A DNA stretch of 25,354 nucleotides, from the IMG/VR virus record IMGVR_UViG_3300008735_000095, positions 1 to 25,354 of that record. One strand, given 5' to 3'. Position numbers and translations under genes: made by a program. The notes below the pieces were generated by a model. The model worked only from the letters and a program-made list of their open reading frames with translations. It did no database searches and was not told the origin of the DNA. This document shows positions 15,565-24,880 of the stretch, piece by piece. How positions within the stretch are numbered: position 1 is the first letter of the stretch; each line of letters begins with the position of its first letter. The DNA is from a virus. Taxonomy: Duplodnaviria > Caudoviricetes.

Positions 15565-17057
15565 CGTGTTATTCCCCTTAATGAGTAGTTAAGCTGAACC
15601 CCCTGAAGGGTGAATGATTTATCTGTGCTACTGTCGTGACGGATGAGGAGAGACATATTCCTACCCGATCCATCAAGATGCCCCTCAATACGGGAGACAA
15701 CCTGTGCCGACCAGATAAAACCTCCCCAGTTGTCTACATCCCAAAAGCCGCCACCGCCCTGTACGTTCTGATCCTGCTCAATCAGTTGAGTCTCACCAGA
15801 ACCATGCTCTCCATACTCAAGATCCATCGAGTAGTGGATAGATGCCTGCTCAGCCGCATTCACATCAATCACTACCTTGCGATAACGCTTCTTACGGTGT
15901 GGAGTTCCCAGATGGGTAAAGGGCAGTCGCAGGAGGGAGTGGATAGGCTGACCATTAAATGATGTGCCTGTGTCCATCTGCATCACAAAACCATCTGCTG
16001 TACCGAAGTAAACGCCATCATCAGAGCTAACGGCGCAGCTAGGAGTGTGTAGCAATGAGAACGTAGTGAAGCCAACAATCTGACGATTGACAAAGGCACC
16101 AACCAATACAGTCTTGTCATCAAACATGATGCGGTACTGGCTCTTCTCAGGAATCGATATTGCAGCCACCGCCGAACCCAATCTGCTGTCCAGATAAGGC
16201 TTCACCATCCGTGAGAGGTTAGATGTCTCGAAGTCGCCAAATGTCTGCACCGCCTGTAGGTTGGTTACACCAGCATCGTTCAGGAAGTAGATGTCGTTAT
16301 CCATCGGAACAACTGTCCCATCTCCAGCACCACCCTTGTTGGAGATTAGACGCAGATCCCAATCAGCAGCAGAGGTGCCATAGAGCGCATTGACCCGATC
16401 ATCTGAGAAGATACTCAGCACGTTACCCTGTACCGACTCCATCCCTGTGATCTCAGCACCAACACCAAGCTCGGCTGCGCCGCCTGCCAGTGTCCAGTTA
16501 ATAGGATCTCCAACAGCAGAGTGCTGCACTGAACCTCCTTCAAAAGCGAGGAACAGATGGTTCTTGTGAGCCGCTATGTGTCGAGGTGTATCAACCGCCA
16601 TCCCAGTGGCGATCTGAACAAAGCCTGTTCCATCAAACTCAAAAGCTGGATTAACTCCATCACAGCCGTACATCTTCTTGGAGGCAGAACTACCCGTAAA
16701 GGCGAAGTTTACAAACTGATACTTGCCCCCAGCGGCTAGTGGTGTTGGTGTGGTTACAGCCACCCACCCGGTGGCAGTTGTCTTGTGCATCACACAGGCA
16801 GAGGCATCTGTGTTGTCTCGAAAGGCGTACACAGTCCCGCCGTATGTCCATACACCCCTTACAGGGCCAGAACCCGGAACCTCAACAGGAGTAGTCGAGC
16901 CATCATAGGCTAGATAACCATCCATACGACGGTATCCACCAGATAGTTCAGGCTCATAGTTCTGAGCTAGAAGCGCGGCTCCGGGGCTTTTGGATAGCTC
17001 GGGTGATACCAGATCCAATCCACCGCCTAGAGGCCATGTTTTGGTCTTTACAGTCAC
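15561..17057 (-). CDS. Tail nozzle/stabilisation protein (tail tubular protein B-like, beta-propeller)
   Basis: 498 aa beta-rich protein starting GGLDLVSP, with HKNHLFLA...SAVGDP..W and a C-terminal KKRYRKVV. Canonical position after the adaptor. Confidence 0.7.
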   Translation of the reverse strand: MTVKTKTWPLGGGLDLVSPELSKSPGAALLAQNYEPELSGGYRRMDGYLAYDGSTTPVEVPGSGPVRGVWTYGGTVYAFRDNTDASACVMHKTTATGWVAVTTPTPLAAGGKYQFVNFAFTGSSASKKMYGCDGVNPAFEFDGTGFVQIATGMAVDTPRHIAAHKNHLFLAFEGGSVQHSAVGDPINWTLAGGAAELGVGAEITGMESVQGNVLSIFSDDRVNALYGTSAADWDLRLISNKGGAGDGTVVPMDNDIYFLNDAGVTNLQAVQTFGDFETSNLSRMVKPYLDSRLGSAVAAISIPEKSQYRIMFDDKTVLVGAFVNRQIVGFTTFSLLHTPSCAVSSDDGVYFGTADGFVMQMDTGTSFNGQPIHSLLRLPFTHLGTPHRKKRYRKVVIDVNAAEQASIHYSMDLEYGEHGSGETQLIEQDQNVQGGGGFWDVDNWGGFIWSAQVVSRIEGHLDGSGRNMSLLIRHDSSTDKSFTLQGVQLNYSLRGITR

Positions 17058-17734
17058 GCAAGTGGCCTCGCAGAAATCTGGATCTGGGGCAGACTATGTT
17101 TAACTAATTCTGCCATCCTGCTATTCAGGTTAAATACAGCGTCTTGATACAGCTCAGGTGCATCCTCATGTGCGGCGTAATACATTATCGCCTGATAGAG
17201 GATAGCGTCATGGAACTGTACAGGCATTGCAGGAACATCTGCATTGTCTGACAACGCTACAGACGCTCGGTAATAGTCAAAATCAATCGTACAGGACTCT
17301 TCAGGAAGAGCATTCAGACGAATAGTATCGTCCGGCATGATGGTAAATTGGGAAGGCTTCCCCGAATTTACACTCCCTCTCCCTTGTGTCCCTGTAGACC
17401 AAGTAGCCCAATCAACATATTGAAGGCTCCCTTGATCACTCAACCCCTCAGATGTTGTGTAGATCCGAAAGGAGTCCGTGATGAACGTACCCAACGCAGG
17501 GTCAAGTTGCATATAGTCAACGGTGTCATAGTCCCTTTGGCCCACTGTTGTCGTAAATGACGTGGTAGCCCAGAGGAAGTCCCACTCCTGTTGATTCTGG
17601 ATCTCCGTCCATGCGCGAGCGATCCAGTCAACGACCTTCTTCTTGATGCCAGTCTGATTGGTTACAGCCGCAGGGCCATCGCCAGCGATGCCTGCCTCCT
17701 GTACCAGTCGTTGGGATAGCTCTAGGTAATTCAT
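17054..17734 (-). CDS. Head-tail adaptor (tail tubular protein A-like)
   Basis: 226 aa: MNYLELSQRLVQEAG, W.FLW, G.P..F, and D.P.MP.QFH.AI motifs typical of podoviral adaptors. Confidence 0.75.
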   Translation of the reverse strand: MNYLELSQRLVQEAGIAGDGPAAVTNQTGIKKKVVDWIARAWTEIQNQQEWDFLWATTSFTTTVGQRDYDTVDYMQLDPALGTFITDSFRIYTTSEGLSDQGSLQYVDWATWSTGTQGRGSVNSGKPSQFTIMPDDTIRLNALPEESCTIDFDYYRASVALSDNADVPAMPVQFHDAILYQAIMYYAAHEDAPELYQDAVFNLNSRMAELVKHSLPQIQISARPLA

Positions 17735-17737
17735 TCA

Positions 17738-18040
17738 CTAAATTCTGCTGTAGGGGAATCGATGAATTTCACGATCCACCTCATTGCCATCACTATCACG
17801 TTCAGTCTTGGTGATTACGGCATTATCAATGGCGTGTATCACCTCTGTGGGCAGCTCCACATCCTGCTCTCGCTGAATCTGGTACCCACGCCCGTTCACA
17901 CCGGCAAAAATAGCATCTGTGCCACCGGGGACCCCCTCTTGGTTATGAAAACGAACCTTGATCCGGTCAGATTTTGCCTTGCGACTACGGGTTTTAGTGG
18001 CTGGCTTCTCATCAACTACGGGATTGGTTTCTTCACTCAT
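17738..18040 (-). CDS. Conserved phage protein downstream of the major capsid gene
   Basis: 100 aa with IFAGVNGRGYQIQREQDVELP.EV, a pattern I associate with genes following N4-gp56-like capsid genes; GGAGAA RBS. Confidence 0.6.
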   Translation of the reverse strand: MSEETNPVVDEKPATKTRSRKAKSDRIKVRFHNQEGVPGGTDAIFAGVNGRGYQIQREQDVELPTEVIHAIDNAVITKTERDSDGNEVDREIHRFPYSRI

Positions 18041-18054
18041 CTACTTTTCTCCAA

Positions 18055-18088
18055 ACAAAAACCCCCACCCCTATTAAGGGATGAGGGT
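18055..18088 (-). terminator. Rho-independent terminator after the major capsid gene
   Basis: Minus strand ACCCTCATCCCT-TAAT-AGGGGTGGGGGT (12-bp stem with G-U pairs) followed by TTTTGTTT. Confidence 0.8.
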
Positions 18089-18118
18089 CTGGTTAGACTC
18101 GTTATCGAGTCGATTTAA

Positions 18119-19105
18119 CTACAGCTCAGATACGGAACACTCAATTCTCTGCATGAATGCATCATTGAGGATTACGGTTGTACTGTAGCTCTTCCATGAG
18201 ACATGACCACGCTGTGCCAGAGGATCTGAATCGCTAGGCTTAGGGTTCACCACCGCTGGAGTAACGCCGGACTTGCCCTTCAAAGGAACCAGTCCGTAGG
18301 CATCACGGGCAATGATAATCACCGGATAGACATCTGCCTTGGTGCCAGAGGTCGATACCATCGATCCTGCGGTACCGCCTGCATCAGCCCACGGGGTCAG
18401 GACTGTAGAGGTGACAAAACGGACACTCTCTACCTTTCCAATCTCGGACTCGAATGGGGTCATAGTGCCGTAGTTCTCGGCAGAGACGAAACCCGGTAGA
18501 CCACGAAGATCAGCCTCCAGATCCGGATGACAGATCGCCACAAATGCTGGTGCGATCGCCTGGGTTCCATAGGATGGGGTCGACTTCACTACACTGGTGA
18601 TCACCCGGGCGTTCTGGTTCTTCAGTGAACGGGTTGCCCTGCGGATCGCATTCAAGGTGATTGCAGAGTTAACTGCGTTACGGGCTGCGCCATTGGAGTA
18701 GGAGACATTGGTCCCCGCCTTGATCACATTGAATCGTAGCGTCTCCAGAGTGTTGGCTGCCTGCTCCCCCATAATGGAGACAGTCTCTTTAAGCACTGGG
18801 TCCTCATGGGTGTCCTGAATCACATCGGTGATGGTCACCAGATCACCATACTGATCAATCGTTGCCGAAACATCGGTACTTGTGAGCTGCTTGGCTGTTG
18901 GGGTTACACCCTCGGTCAATGGTGTTGTTGCATTGGCCAGTGAGTTATAACGACGAAACTTGATGGTCTTAGAAGACTTTCTCGGCAACGGTTTTGCCTG
19001 TCCAAACTTCTCGATTACAAGATGGGGTGTTGCTCGCTCAAGCAACTCGGTTGCCGCATACGCAGCGGTACGTGGTGATATATCACCATAGTTGGTATTA
19101 GCCAT
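18119..19105 (-). CDS. Major capsid protein, N4-gp56-like family
   Basis: 328 aa: KFGQAKPLP....KTIKFRRY, LTEGVTP, QYGDLVTITD, EIGKVESVRF, DPLAQRGHVSWK; strong AAGGAGAA RBS and a downstream terminator. Confidence 0.9.
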   Translation of the reverse strand: MANTNYGDISPRTAAYAATELLERATPHLVIEKFGQAKPLPRKSSKTIKFRRYNSLANATTPLTEGVTPTAKQLTSTDVSATIDQYGDLVTITDVIQDTHEDPVLKETVSIMGEQAANTLETLRFNVIKAGTNVSYSNGAARNAVNSAITLNAIRRATRSLKNQNARVITSVVKSTPSYGTQAIAPAFVAICHPDLEADLRGLPGFVSAENYGTMTPFESEIGKVESVRFVTSTVLTPWADAGGTAGSMVSTSGTKADVYPVIIIARDAYGLVPLKGKSGVTPAVVNPKPSDSDPLAQRGHVSWKSYSTTVILNDAFMQRIECSVSEL

Positions 19106-19126
19106 TGGGTATTCTCCTTAATCAGA

Positions 19127-20044
19127 CTATCTACTTACACGCTCTTTTTGACGCACAAAGTGGTCAAAGGCTGAATCAAAATCATCTGGCATTCCTCCAG
19201 TGGCTCCTGGTGTGGGGCGACTCTTGATTCCTTGTGACTCTTTCAGCTTCTTCTCACGTTGCGCCTGAATCTCAGCCACTTTCGGGTCTGCTGCTGCAAG
19301 CTCCCTATTAGGCTGAGGCTTGGAGTGCTCGTATGTATCCAGCAAGAAGGAGGCATCTCTGGCGTCCTCGGATTCCATGAACTTCTGCACTGCCGTGGGT
19401 TGGGCAGAGAGCCATTGGGTAAACGGCTCACTTCTCACAATCTCCTGCCAATCAGGATAAGCGGCATCTAGTGCGGCTACCTGTGACTGAAGAAATCTCT
19501 CTCGCTCGGCATTTTGTAGTGGCTGGACAACTTGCCCAATCTGCCCCTCCACTGTATGACTCACGGATTGCTCCATCGTCGTCATCCGGGCGTTGATTGC
19601 CTTGGCAATCTCCGGGTACTCCTCCTCAAAATTACTCCACTGCTCCGGCGTTACATCCGTATTCGCGGGAGGTGGTTCAGTAGGTTTTGGGGGAGCCACC
19701 AACTGCTGCTCAAGGCTGTTAATCTTCTGTTGGAGCGCGGATACACGCCCCTCATTACTTCTTTTGTACTGCAAGAGCGAGTCTCGCTCCTGCTGAATCT
19801 TATCGGGATCTATCTCGGAGATTGACTCAGAAACTGGTTCAGACTCTTTCGTATCTTCAGAATGCTCGCCTGCACCCTCTTCGTTATCTGGTTCAGGTAG
19901 TAGATCAGGGGATTCATTACCATCCGCGCTTTCTGAAGAACTCTCTCCAGCCTCAACAGGATCATCAGTCTCATTCGTAATCTCATCAAACACTGCATCA
20001 AACTCGTCATCAGGGGACTCCTGGTTAATACTCTCTTCGCTCAT
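19127..20044 (-). CDS. Capsid scaffolding protein
   Basis: Acidic N-terminus, coiled coils, YPDWQEIV.S..F..WL motif, located between portal and capsid. Start placed at ATG 20044 (GGAG upstream) rather than the ORF-track start at 20080. Confidence 0.7.
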   Translation of the reverse strand: MSEESINQESPDDEFDAVFDEITNETDDPVEAGESSSESADGNESPDLLPEPDNEEGAGEHSEDTKESEPVSESISEIDPDKIQQERDSLLQYKRSNEGRVSALQQKINSLEQQLVAPPKPTEPPPANTDVTPEQWSNFEEEYPEIAKAINARMTTMEQSVSHTVEGQIGQVVQPLQNAERERFLQSQVAALDAAYPDWQEIVRSEPFTQWLSAQPTAVQKFMESEDARDASFLLDTYEHSKPQPNRELAAADPKVAEIQAQREKKLKESQGIKSRPTPGATGGMPDDFDSAFDHFVRQKERVSR

Positions 20045-20060
20045 TTCCAGTTCTCCGGGG

Positions 20061-20261
20061 CTAGTATTCAACCGACTCAACCTCAGGGCTTACTGCCGTA
20101 AGGTCGATCAGCTTTCTCAGCGCCGCTATCTTGCCCCGCATGAATTCACTCTCGATTGAATCTGTCTGGGGGATCTCCAGATCCAACTGTGTGTTTGTGA
20201 TCTCTTCCTCTGCCCACTGAATGACAAAGCGCCATGTAGGGGAATGTTTGTCGATCTCCAC
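20061..20261 (-). CDS. Small head-module protein (Bbp19-like)
   Basis: 66 aa: SPTWRFV..W.........LE.......RGKIAALRKLIDL, the usual small gene between portal and scaffold; 1-bp overlap with the portal stop codon. Confidence 0.6.
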   Translation of the reverse strand: MEIDKHSPTWRFVIQWAEEEITNTQLDLEIPQTDSIESEFMRGKIAALRKLIDLTAVSPEVESVEY

Positions 20262-22405
20262 TAGATACCCTGTCCTGTTGCCAGTTTAAGTTGGGCCTCT
20301 TTATTGAAGAGATCATGCTTGGTGCCAGCCCGCATCTGCTCCAGTCCCAGCTTGGCTTGTAGCTCTGTCACCTTCATGTCTCGGTCTGCTGCCATACCTG
20401 CCAGTGCAAGCTCACGATCCGACTGGATCTTCATCAACTCGATCTGGTTCTTCTCCTGAGCTACCTGCGCCTTCAACTGCTCAATCTGCGCCTGCATCTG
20501 AAGCTTCTCTTGCTCTGGGCTAACCTGTGGCTGTTCCTGAGCCGACTGCTGTTGCTGTGCCACCTCTTCATCAGAAGCCACTAACGCCACGGCATCCAAC
20601 TGCATACTCTGTACGGTTTTACGTACCAGTTCTGGGATCTTGATAATCCCAGCATACTGCGGGGCAATGCTCATCAACTGGATCAGGTTCTGCGCCTGTG
20701 TCTCTTTAGCCAGCAACGCACTCGATCCACGGGCATCTACGAAGTAATCACCCTTAATCTCCGGCTTCTCGTTGTTCTGCATATTCCAGTCATACAACCG
20801 AGTCAGGAAAGTGCGTGTGACATCATCATCAAAGTTCTTTACTGAACGTCTAGTCACTACGTTTGCGGAGTTCATCAGTAGACTCATCCCTGTAGCTGTT
20901 CTGGTGTACTGCCCCTGCTCACCCTGAGCAATTACAGGTAAGTTAGTCTCCTCATCAGCCAGTGATTTGGCCGTCTGCAGGATCGCCTGTAGCTCTCCCA
21001 AGTGGCTGTTGATCTCAAAACTGCCGAAGGCCTCATGGACACTTCGATTACGGTCAGTCATCTGCCACACCTTCTTCGGTGCCAGATTCCAGTCCCCATC
21101 AGCGGGTTTGATCACATGAGGGTTGACTACAATCTGTGGCCCCACTGAGAGACCAGCGTTATCCAGTGACATTCGCCATGCGCCATTGATCGCTCTCTGG
21201 GCATTACGCATCAGGTAAGGGATACCAAACCCGAAGATCGAGCTGTCATCCTTCTCCCAACTGTAGACACTGTAGGGCCGTGCCTCACTCTCCATTGGAT
21301 TGATTGCAGCCTTGATCACTCGGCCATCGACGAACCAAACGATCCCCTCCACCTCATCGAGTGCATCCTCGGAGCATTCACATCCTGCTGCACGCAAATC
21401 CTCTTTGTTGATCGGGCCGTGGTACTCCCAGACCTCATACCTTCCCTCTCGTCTGGCAGAGACCCCATTAATGGAGCGCAGATCGTTAATATGGGAGGCG
21501 GTGTTTTGGTAGAGGGGCTCCTCCTGTTCAATCACCTCACGGATCTGATCAACCAGAAACCCCTCTCGCTTGACTAGTGCCCGGAGATCTTTCTTCCCCA
21601 TCAGATGACGTTGGAAGATAAATTCTGCATCCTCAAGTGCTGCCCCACTCATATCTGGGAAGAAGTTCCAGGGATCTACCCTCTCCACTGAGGGACGTAT
21701 GTCTTCACGCACCTCGATTACATGGATCTGGTTTCCGGCCCCATCATCCATCGGTCGCCAAGATCGCTTGGTTCTCCCTACAACTACAGGCCCTTTGAGA
21801 ATTCCCGTACCGAGACGCACCGCATCCTTGATCACTTCTCGGCACTTGATGTTGTAACGTGCCTCAGTAAGCTGGTCATCCATCTCGTCCTGCATCGCCC
21901 GGGAACGCTCTTTGGCCACCTCCAGAATCCCACTGGCCATGTCCCGGTTCTGTACCGGCGCCCCCTCTGGGGTAAAGACGGGAGCACCATCCGGGGTGGT
22001 TGCCTGCTTCTGATCATTGAGTGACTCAGCCAGCTCCGGTACCGGGGTTGGGAGGATCTCCCAGTTACGGTCATCGGTTGGGAACAACATATCCGAAAGC
22101 CGTGCCTCGGCACTGTTGCACTTGGACCGGGTGATATTGACGTAGGCCTGTGACCCCTTCGCTGCCTGTATCGAGGACAGCGTGGCAGAGTCATACTTGC
22201 CGGAGAACTGACGGATATCCTCCAGCCAACGGTTCTCAATCTCCCGGCGCTGCCCTACCTGCTCCTCAGCCAGATCCTGTAGTCGCCCACCAAAGGCCTG
22301 GAGACGCGCAGACATCTCTCGCTTGAAGGCCTCATGCGCCTCATGCATCCGCGCCTCCTCCTCAAGCAACTCAATCTCGGTGAGCTCTACTATTTGTTCA
22401 CGCAT
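20261..22405 (-). CDS. Portal protein
   Basis: 714 aa: NITRSKC..AEARL.DMLFP, GTGILKGP, VDPWNFFPD, FGFGIP, TATGMSLLM and a C-terminal Gln-rich barrel-like coiled coil. Confidence 0.88.
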   Translation of the reverse strand: MREQIVELTEIELLEEEARMHEAHEAFKREMSARLQAFGGRLQDLAEEQVGQRREIENRWLEDIRQFSGKYDSATLSSIQAAKGSQAYVNITRSKCNSAEARLSDMLFPTDDRNWEILPTPVPELAESLNDQKQATTPDGAPVFTPEGAPVQNRDMASGILEVAKERSRAMQDEMDDQLTEARYNIKCREVIKDAVRLGTGILKGPVVVGRTKRSWRPMDDGAGNQIHVIEVREDIRPSVERVDPWNFFPDMSGAALEDAEFIFQRHLMGKKDLRALVKREGFLVDQIREVIEQEEPLYQNTASHINDLRSINGVSARREGRYEVWEYHGPINKEDLRAAGCECSEDALDEVEGIVWFVDGRVIKAAINPMESEARPYSVYSWEKDDSSIFGFGIPYLMRNAQRAINGAWRMSLDNAGLSVGPQIVVNPHVIKPADGDWNLAPKKVWQMTDRNRSVHEAFGSFEINSHLGELQAILQTAKSLADEETNLPVIAQGEQGQYTRTATGMSLLMNSANVVTRRSVKNFDDDVTRTFLTRLYDWNMQNNEKPEIKGDYFVDARGSSALLAKETQAQNLIQLMSIAPQYAGIIKIPELVRKTVQSMQLDAVALVASDEEVAQQQQSAQEQPQVSPEQEKLQMQAQIEQLKAQVAQEKNQIELMKIQSDRELALAGMAADRDMKVTELQAKLGLEQMRAGTKHDLFNKEAQLKLATGQGI

Positions 22406-22437
22406 GATTTATATCCAACAACTTGCATCCTATTTTA

Positions 22438-22466
22438 TTGATCTTGCACACCGTTTGGTGTATATT
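22438..22466 (+). promoter_or_regulatory. Putative TA-operon promoter with an internal operator palindrome
   Basis: -35 TTGATC (22438-22443), 17 bp, -10 TATATT (22461-22466); inverted repeat ACACC-GTTT-GGTGT at 22448-22461. Confidence 0.55.
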
Positions 22467-22504
22467 ATGCGCATCCATTAAATACTGACTATTTGGAGAT
22501 TCCT

Positions 22505-22762
22505 ATGTCAACCGTGCAAACCAGTCTGCGCCTAGATGAAAATCAGTTTCGTGAGGCCAAGGAGATCCTCTCCCAGCTCGGCATGAACTTTACGGAAGCC
22601 GTAAATATCTTTACCAATATGGTGGTCTTAAACAGAGGACTTCCATTTCATGTCAAGCTCCCCAACCAGGAGACCGAAAACACACTGCGCGAGATCCGTG
22701 GTGGTGATGGAGTTGAAGAGATCACCCTCGATCAACTTCATCAAGAAGCAGACCAACTATGA
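22505..22762 (+). CDS. dinJ: Type II antitoxin, RelB/DinJ family
   Basis: MSTVQTSLRLDENQFREAKEILSQLGMNFTEAVNIF.......GLPF ribbon-helix-helix signature. ATG 22505 preceded by GGAGA; ATGA overlap with the toxin gene. Confidence 0.85.
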   Translation: MSTVQTSLRLDENQFREAKEILSQLGMNFTEAVNIFTNMVVLNRGLPFHVKLPNQETENTLREIRGGDGVEEITLDQLHQEADQL

Positions 22763-23034
22763 GAAGGCTGTTCCGGCACAAACAGTTCAAGAAAGACTTT
22801 CTCAAAGTACGCTCTACAGACCAACAGACTGAAAAGCTATTTCTCTATATCGCTGCACTACTTGAGGAAAAGACCCTCCCCCCGGAATCCAGAGATCATC
22901 CATTAACCGGAGAGTGGCGTGATTTCCGGGAATTTCATTTAGGGGGTGACCTCTTGCTCATCTACAAACTGGATGGGGACCGTATCACGCTTGCTCGAAT
23001 CGGCTCCCATGCCCAACTCTTCAAAAAGATGTAA
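22759..23034 (+). CDS. yafQ: Type II toxin, YafQ family ribosome-dependent mRNA interferase
   Basis: 91 aa: FKKDF, RDHPLTGEW...REFHL..DLLLIY, LARIGSHAQLF, with the conserved His residues present. Confidence 0.9.
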   Translation: MRRLFRHKQFKKDFLKVRSTDQQTEKLFLYIAALLEEKTLPPESRDHPLTGEWRDFREFHLGGDLLLIYKLDGDRITLARIGSHAQLFKKM

Positions 23035-23046
23035 CCACTGCAGTCA

Positions 23047-24462
23047 TTAGTAACCGACTACTGCATCCGCAACGGTATGTATCTCCAGCTCGGGTACTGG
23101 GCCCGCCTTGATCTCCTCACCAATCCCCATAAAGGCATACTGCAGTGCGTCATGACAGTGGCTGTACTGGTTCTTGTCAGCCTTGTCGGAGTATCTCTCC
23201 CCTGCCACCATCATTCGTTTGAATCGATATCCGCCATTGAATCCCTTGCGCAGGGATCGACAGGATGGATCTAGTTTGAAAGAGGGTTCTCCATCACTCA
23301 TCCGGTTAAGCCACTGCCGTACCGACTCCCATCGTGCCTGCGGCGCATTGGAGCTAGCCGGTTGGGCAATCAGACCAAAGGTGCGTAACTCATCAAACAC
23401 CGTGCGCTCATCGGTATCGGCACGCTTCACCCCAGCCGGGTCACCCACAATGTTCCAGCCGCAATCCCTGTACTTGGTTTTGAGCATCGGTAGCAGCAGG
23501 GACTCGGTAAACTGTTTGATCCCCATATCCTCAGAGACAATCTCATCAAGTACGTTAACTCTCCCTCTAGGGGTCAGTTGTACAATGGCGGCTGCCGGGG
23601 TGAGGCCAAAATCCAGCCCAATATAGATCGGGATTCCAGGGATCACCTTGGTATCGCCTACGTGAAGGGTGTCATTGAACTGCGCATAGATCGGCTTGCC
23701 GTCCATGTTGTCAGCGTAATCACCGAGCACATAGGCCTTGATCCAGTTATCCTGCTTGCCCGGTATCTGCCGCTCCCAATACTCATATCCGAGGGTATGG
23801 TTCTGCACATTCTCTGCACTCGGGTTGGGTATATAGATCCCATCATCCCGACGAATCAGTGCCCCCGGCTGTTTGAAGAACCTCCACCCTTTCGGCAGCT
23901 CCTCCTCTGCCAACCGGTACCACCATGAATCCTGTGATGGCGGGTTGGTGTCCATAAAGATCCCTGACCACGAAGGGCCACCCCTCATCTTGGCTGGATA
24001 ACGACCGACACGACCGGTCAGTGCATCCAGAATATCTTTCGGCACCTCACGGGCCTCATTGATCCATGCCCCGGTTAGCTCTAGTGAGAGCAGCTTCTTT
24101 GCATCCTGTGGCCGATCTAACGCCAGAAACAGCACTTCTGCCTCAACCCCACTCCCATCACCAATATCGGGAATAGAGATCTTCGCCACAATCGGTGGCT
24201 GCCAGTTGATCTTGGCAAACGGAATCCACTCCTCAAAGGTCTTGATGGTCGTGGTCTTCAACTCTGGATAGGAGTTTCTGATGATCGCCCATCGAGAACT
24301 TCGAACATTGTTATGCGCCTGCTGAGTTAGCGACCGTTGCAGAATCTCAATCACACAAGCCACCGACTTCCCCGAACCCACCGGCCCCATCAACCCCCGG
24401 ATGAAATCATCAGACGAGTGAAAGCGAGCCGGAGTCGCCTCCGCCTGATAAGATATATTCAT
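23047..24462 (-). CDS. terL: Terminase large subunit
   Basis: 471 aa. Walker A GPVGSGKS, Walker B-like GAWINEARE, motif III DTNPP, and RNase H-like nuclease motifs GLDFG, DPAG and HDALQY. Confidence 0.93.
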   Translation of the reverse strand: MNISYQAEATPARFHSSDDFIRGLMGPVGSGKSVACVIEILQRSLTQQAHNNVRSSRWAIIRNSYPELKTTTIKTFEEWIPFAKINWQPPIVAKISIPDIGDGSGVEAEVLFLALDRPQDAKKLLSLELTGAWINEAREVPKDILDALTGRVGRYPAKMRGGPSWSGIFMDTNPPSQDSWWYRLAEEELPKGWRFFKQPGALIRRDDGIYIPNPSAENVQNHTLGYEYWERQIPGKQDNWIKAYVLGDYADNMDGKPIYAQFNDTLHVGDTKVIPGIPIYIGLDFGLTPAAAIVQLTPRGRVNVLDEIVSEDMGIKQFTESLLLPMLKTKYRDCGWNIVGDPAGVKRADTDERTVFDELRTFGLIAQPASSNAPQARWESVRQWLNRMSDGEPSFKLDPSCRSLRKGFNGGYRFKRMMVAGERYSDKADKNQYSHCHDALQYAFMGIGEEIKAGPVPELEIHTVADAVVGY

Positions 24463-24486
24463 ACTGGTTCCTACAAGGAGGAGAAA

Positions 24487-24762
24487 ATGGCGAAAAAATT
24501 ATTGGCGATAATCGTGTTGGTCGGTCTCAGCTTCTCAGTATCGGCAGTGCAATGGCCTATCTTCAAAGAGGATCCTGACTCGGTTTGTTACACTACCGAT
24601 GGAAACCTACAAACAGATTGTCCAAACATCAAAAAAGGAGCATTGCTTTATACCAGAGCAATCTCCTCGATTTGTGATCTTACTCAACCAATCTTTATGG
24701 CACATTCACCAATGGTGTATTGTATTTACCGCGGCAAGCCACGGCAGCAATTAAGCAAATAG
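24487..24762 (+). CDS. Small secreted/periplasmic Cys-containing protein (moron-like cargo)
   Basis: True start is probably ATG 24487 after AAGGAGGAG, giving 91 aa. Sec signal peptide MAKKLLAIIVLVGLSFSVSA; four Cys in the mature part. Confidence 0.7.
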   Translation: MAKKLLAIIVLVGLSFSVSAVQWPIFKEDPDSVCYTTDGNLQTDCPNIKKGALLYTRAISSICDLTQPIFMAHSPMVYCIYRGKPRQQLSK

Positions 24763-24880
24763 CCGCTACCTGTAGGCCCACTAAAATTTCCTGAGCCAAA
24801 CACTATATATTGACGTACACGGGGGCAGTGAGAGTACGCCGCTATCCCGGGGGTCAACTTTCTATCAACCACCCGGCCAA

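Noticed and set aside
20045-20080. Longer start for the scaffold ORF (and TTG 22493 for the antitoxin, TTG 25291 for terS)
   Set aside because: Better RBS-linked ATGs exist at 20044 and 22505, and the terS frame continues past the window edge with the conserved HTH.
24337-24486. N-terminal extension of the 141-aa plus-strand ORF in the ORF track
   Set aside because: It overlaps terL antisense. The strong RBS and signal peptide point to ATG 24487 as the real start.
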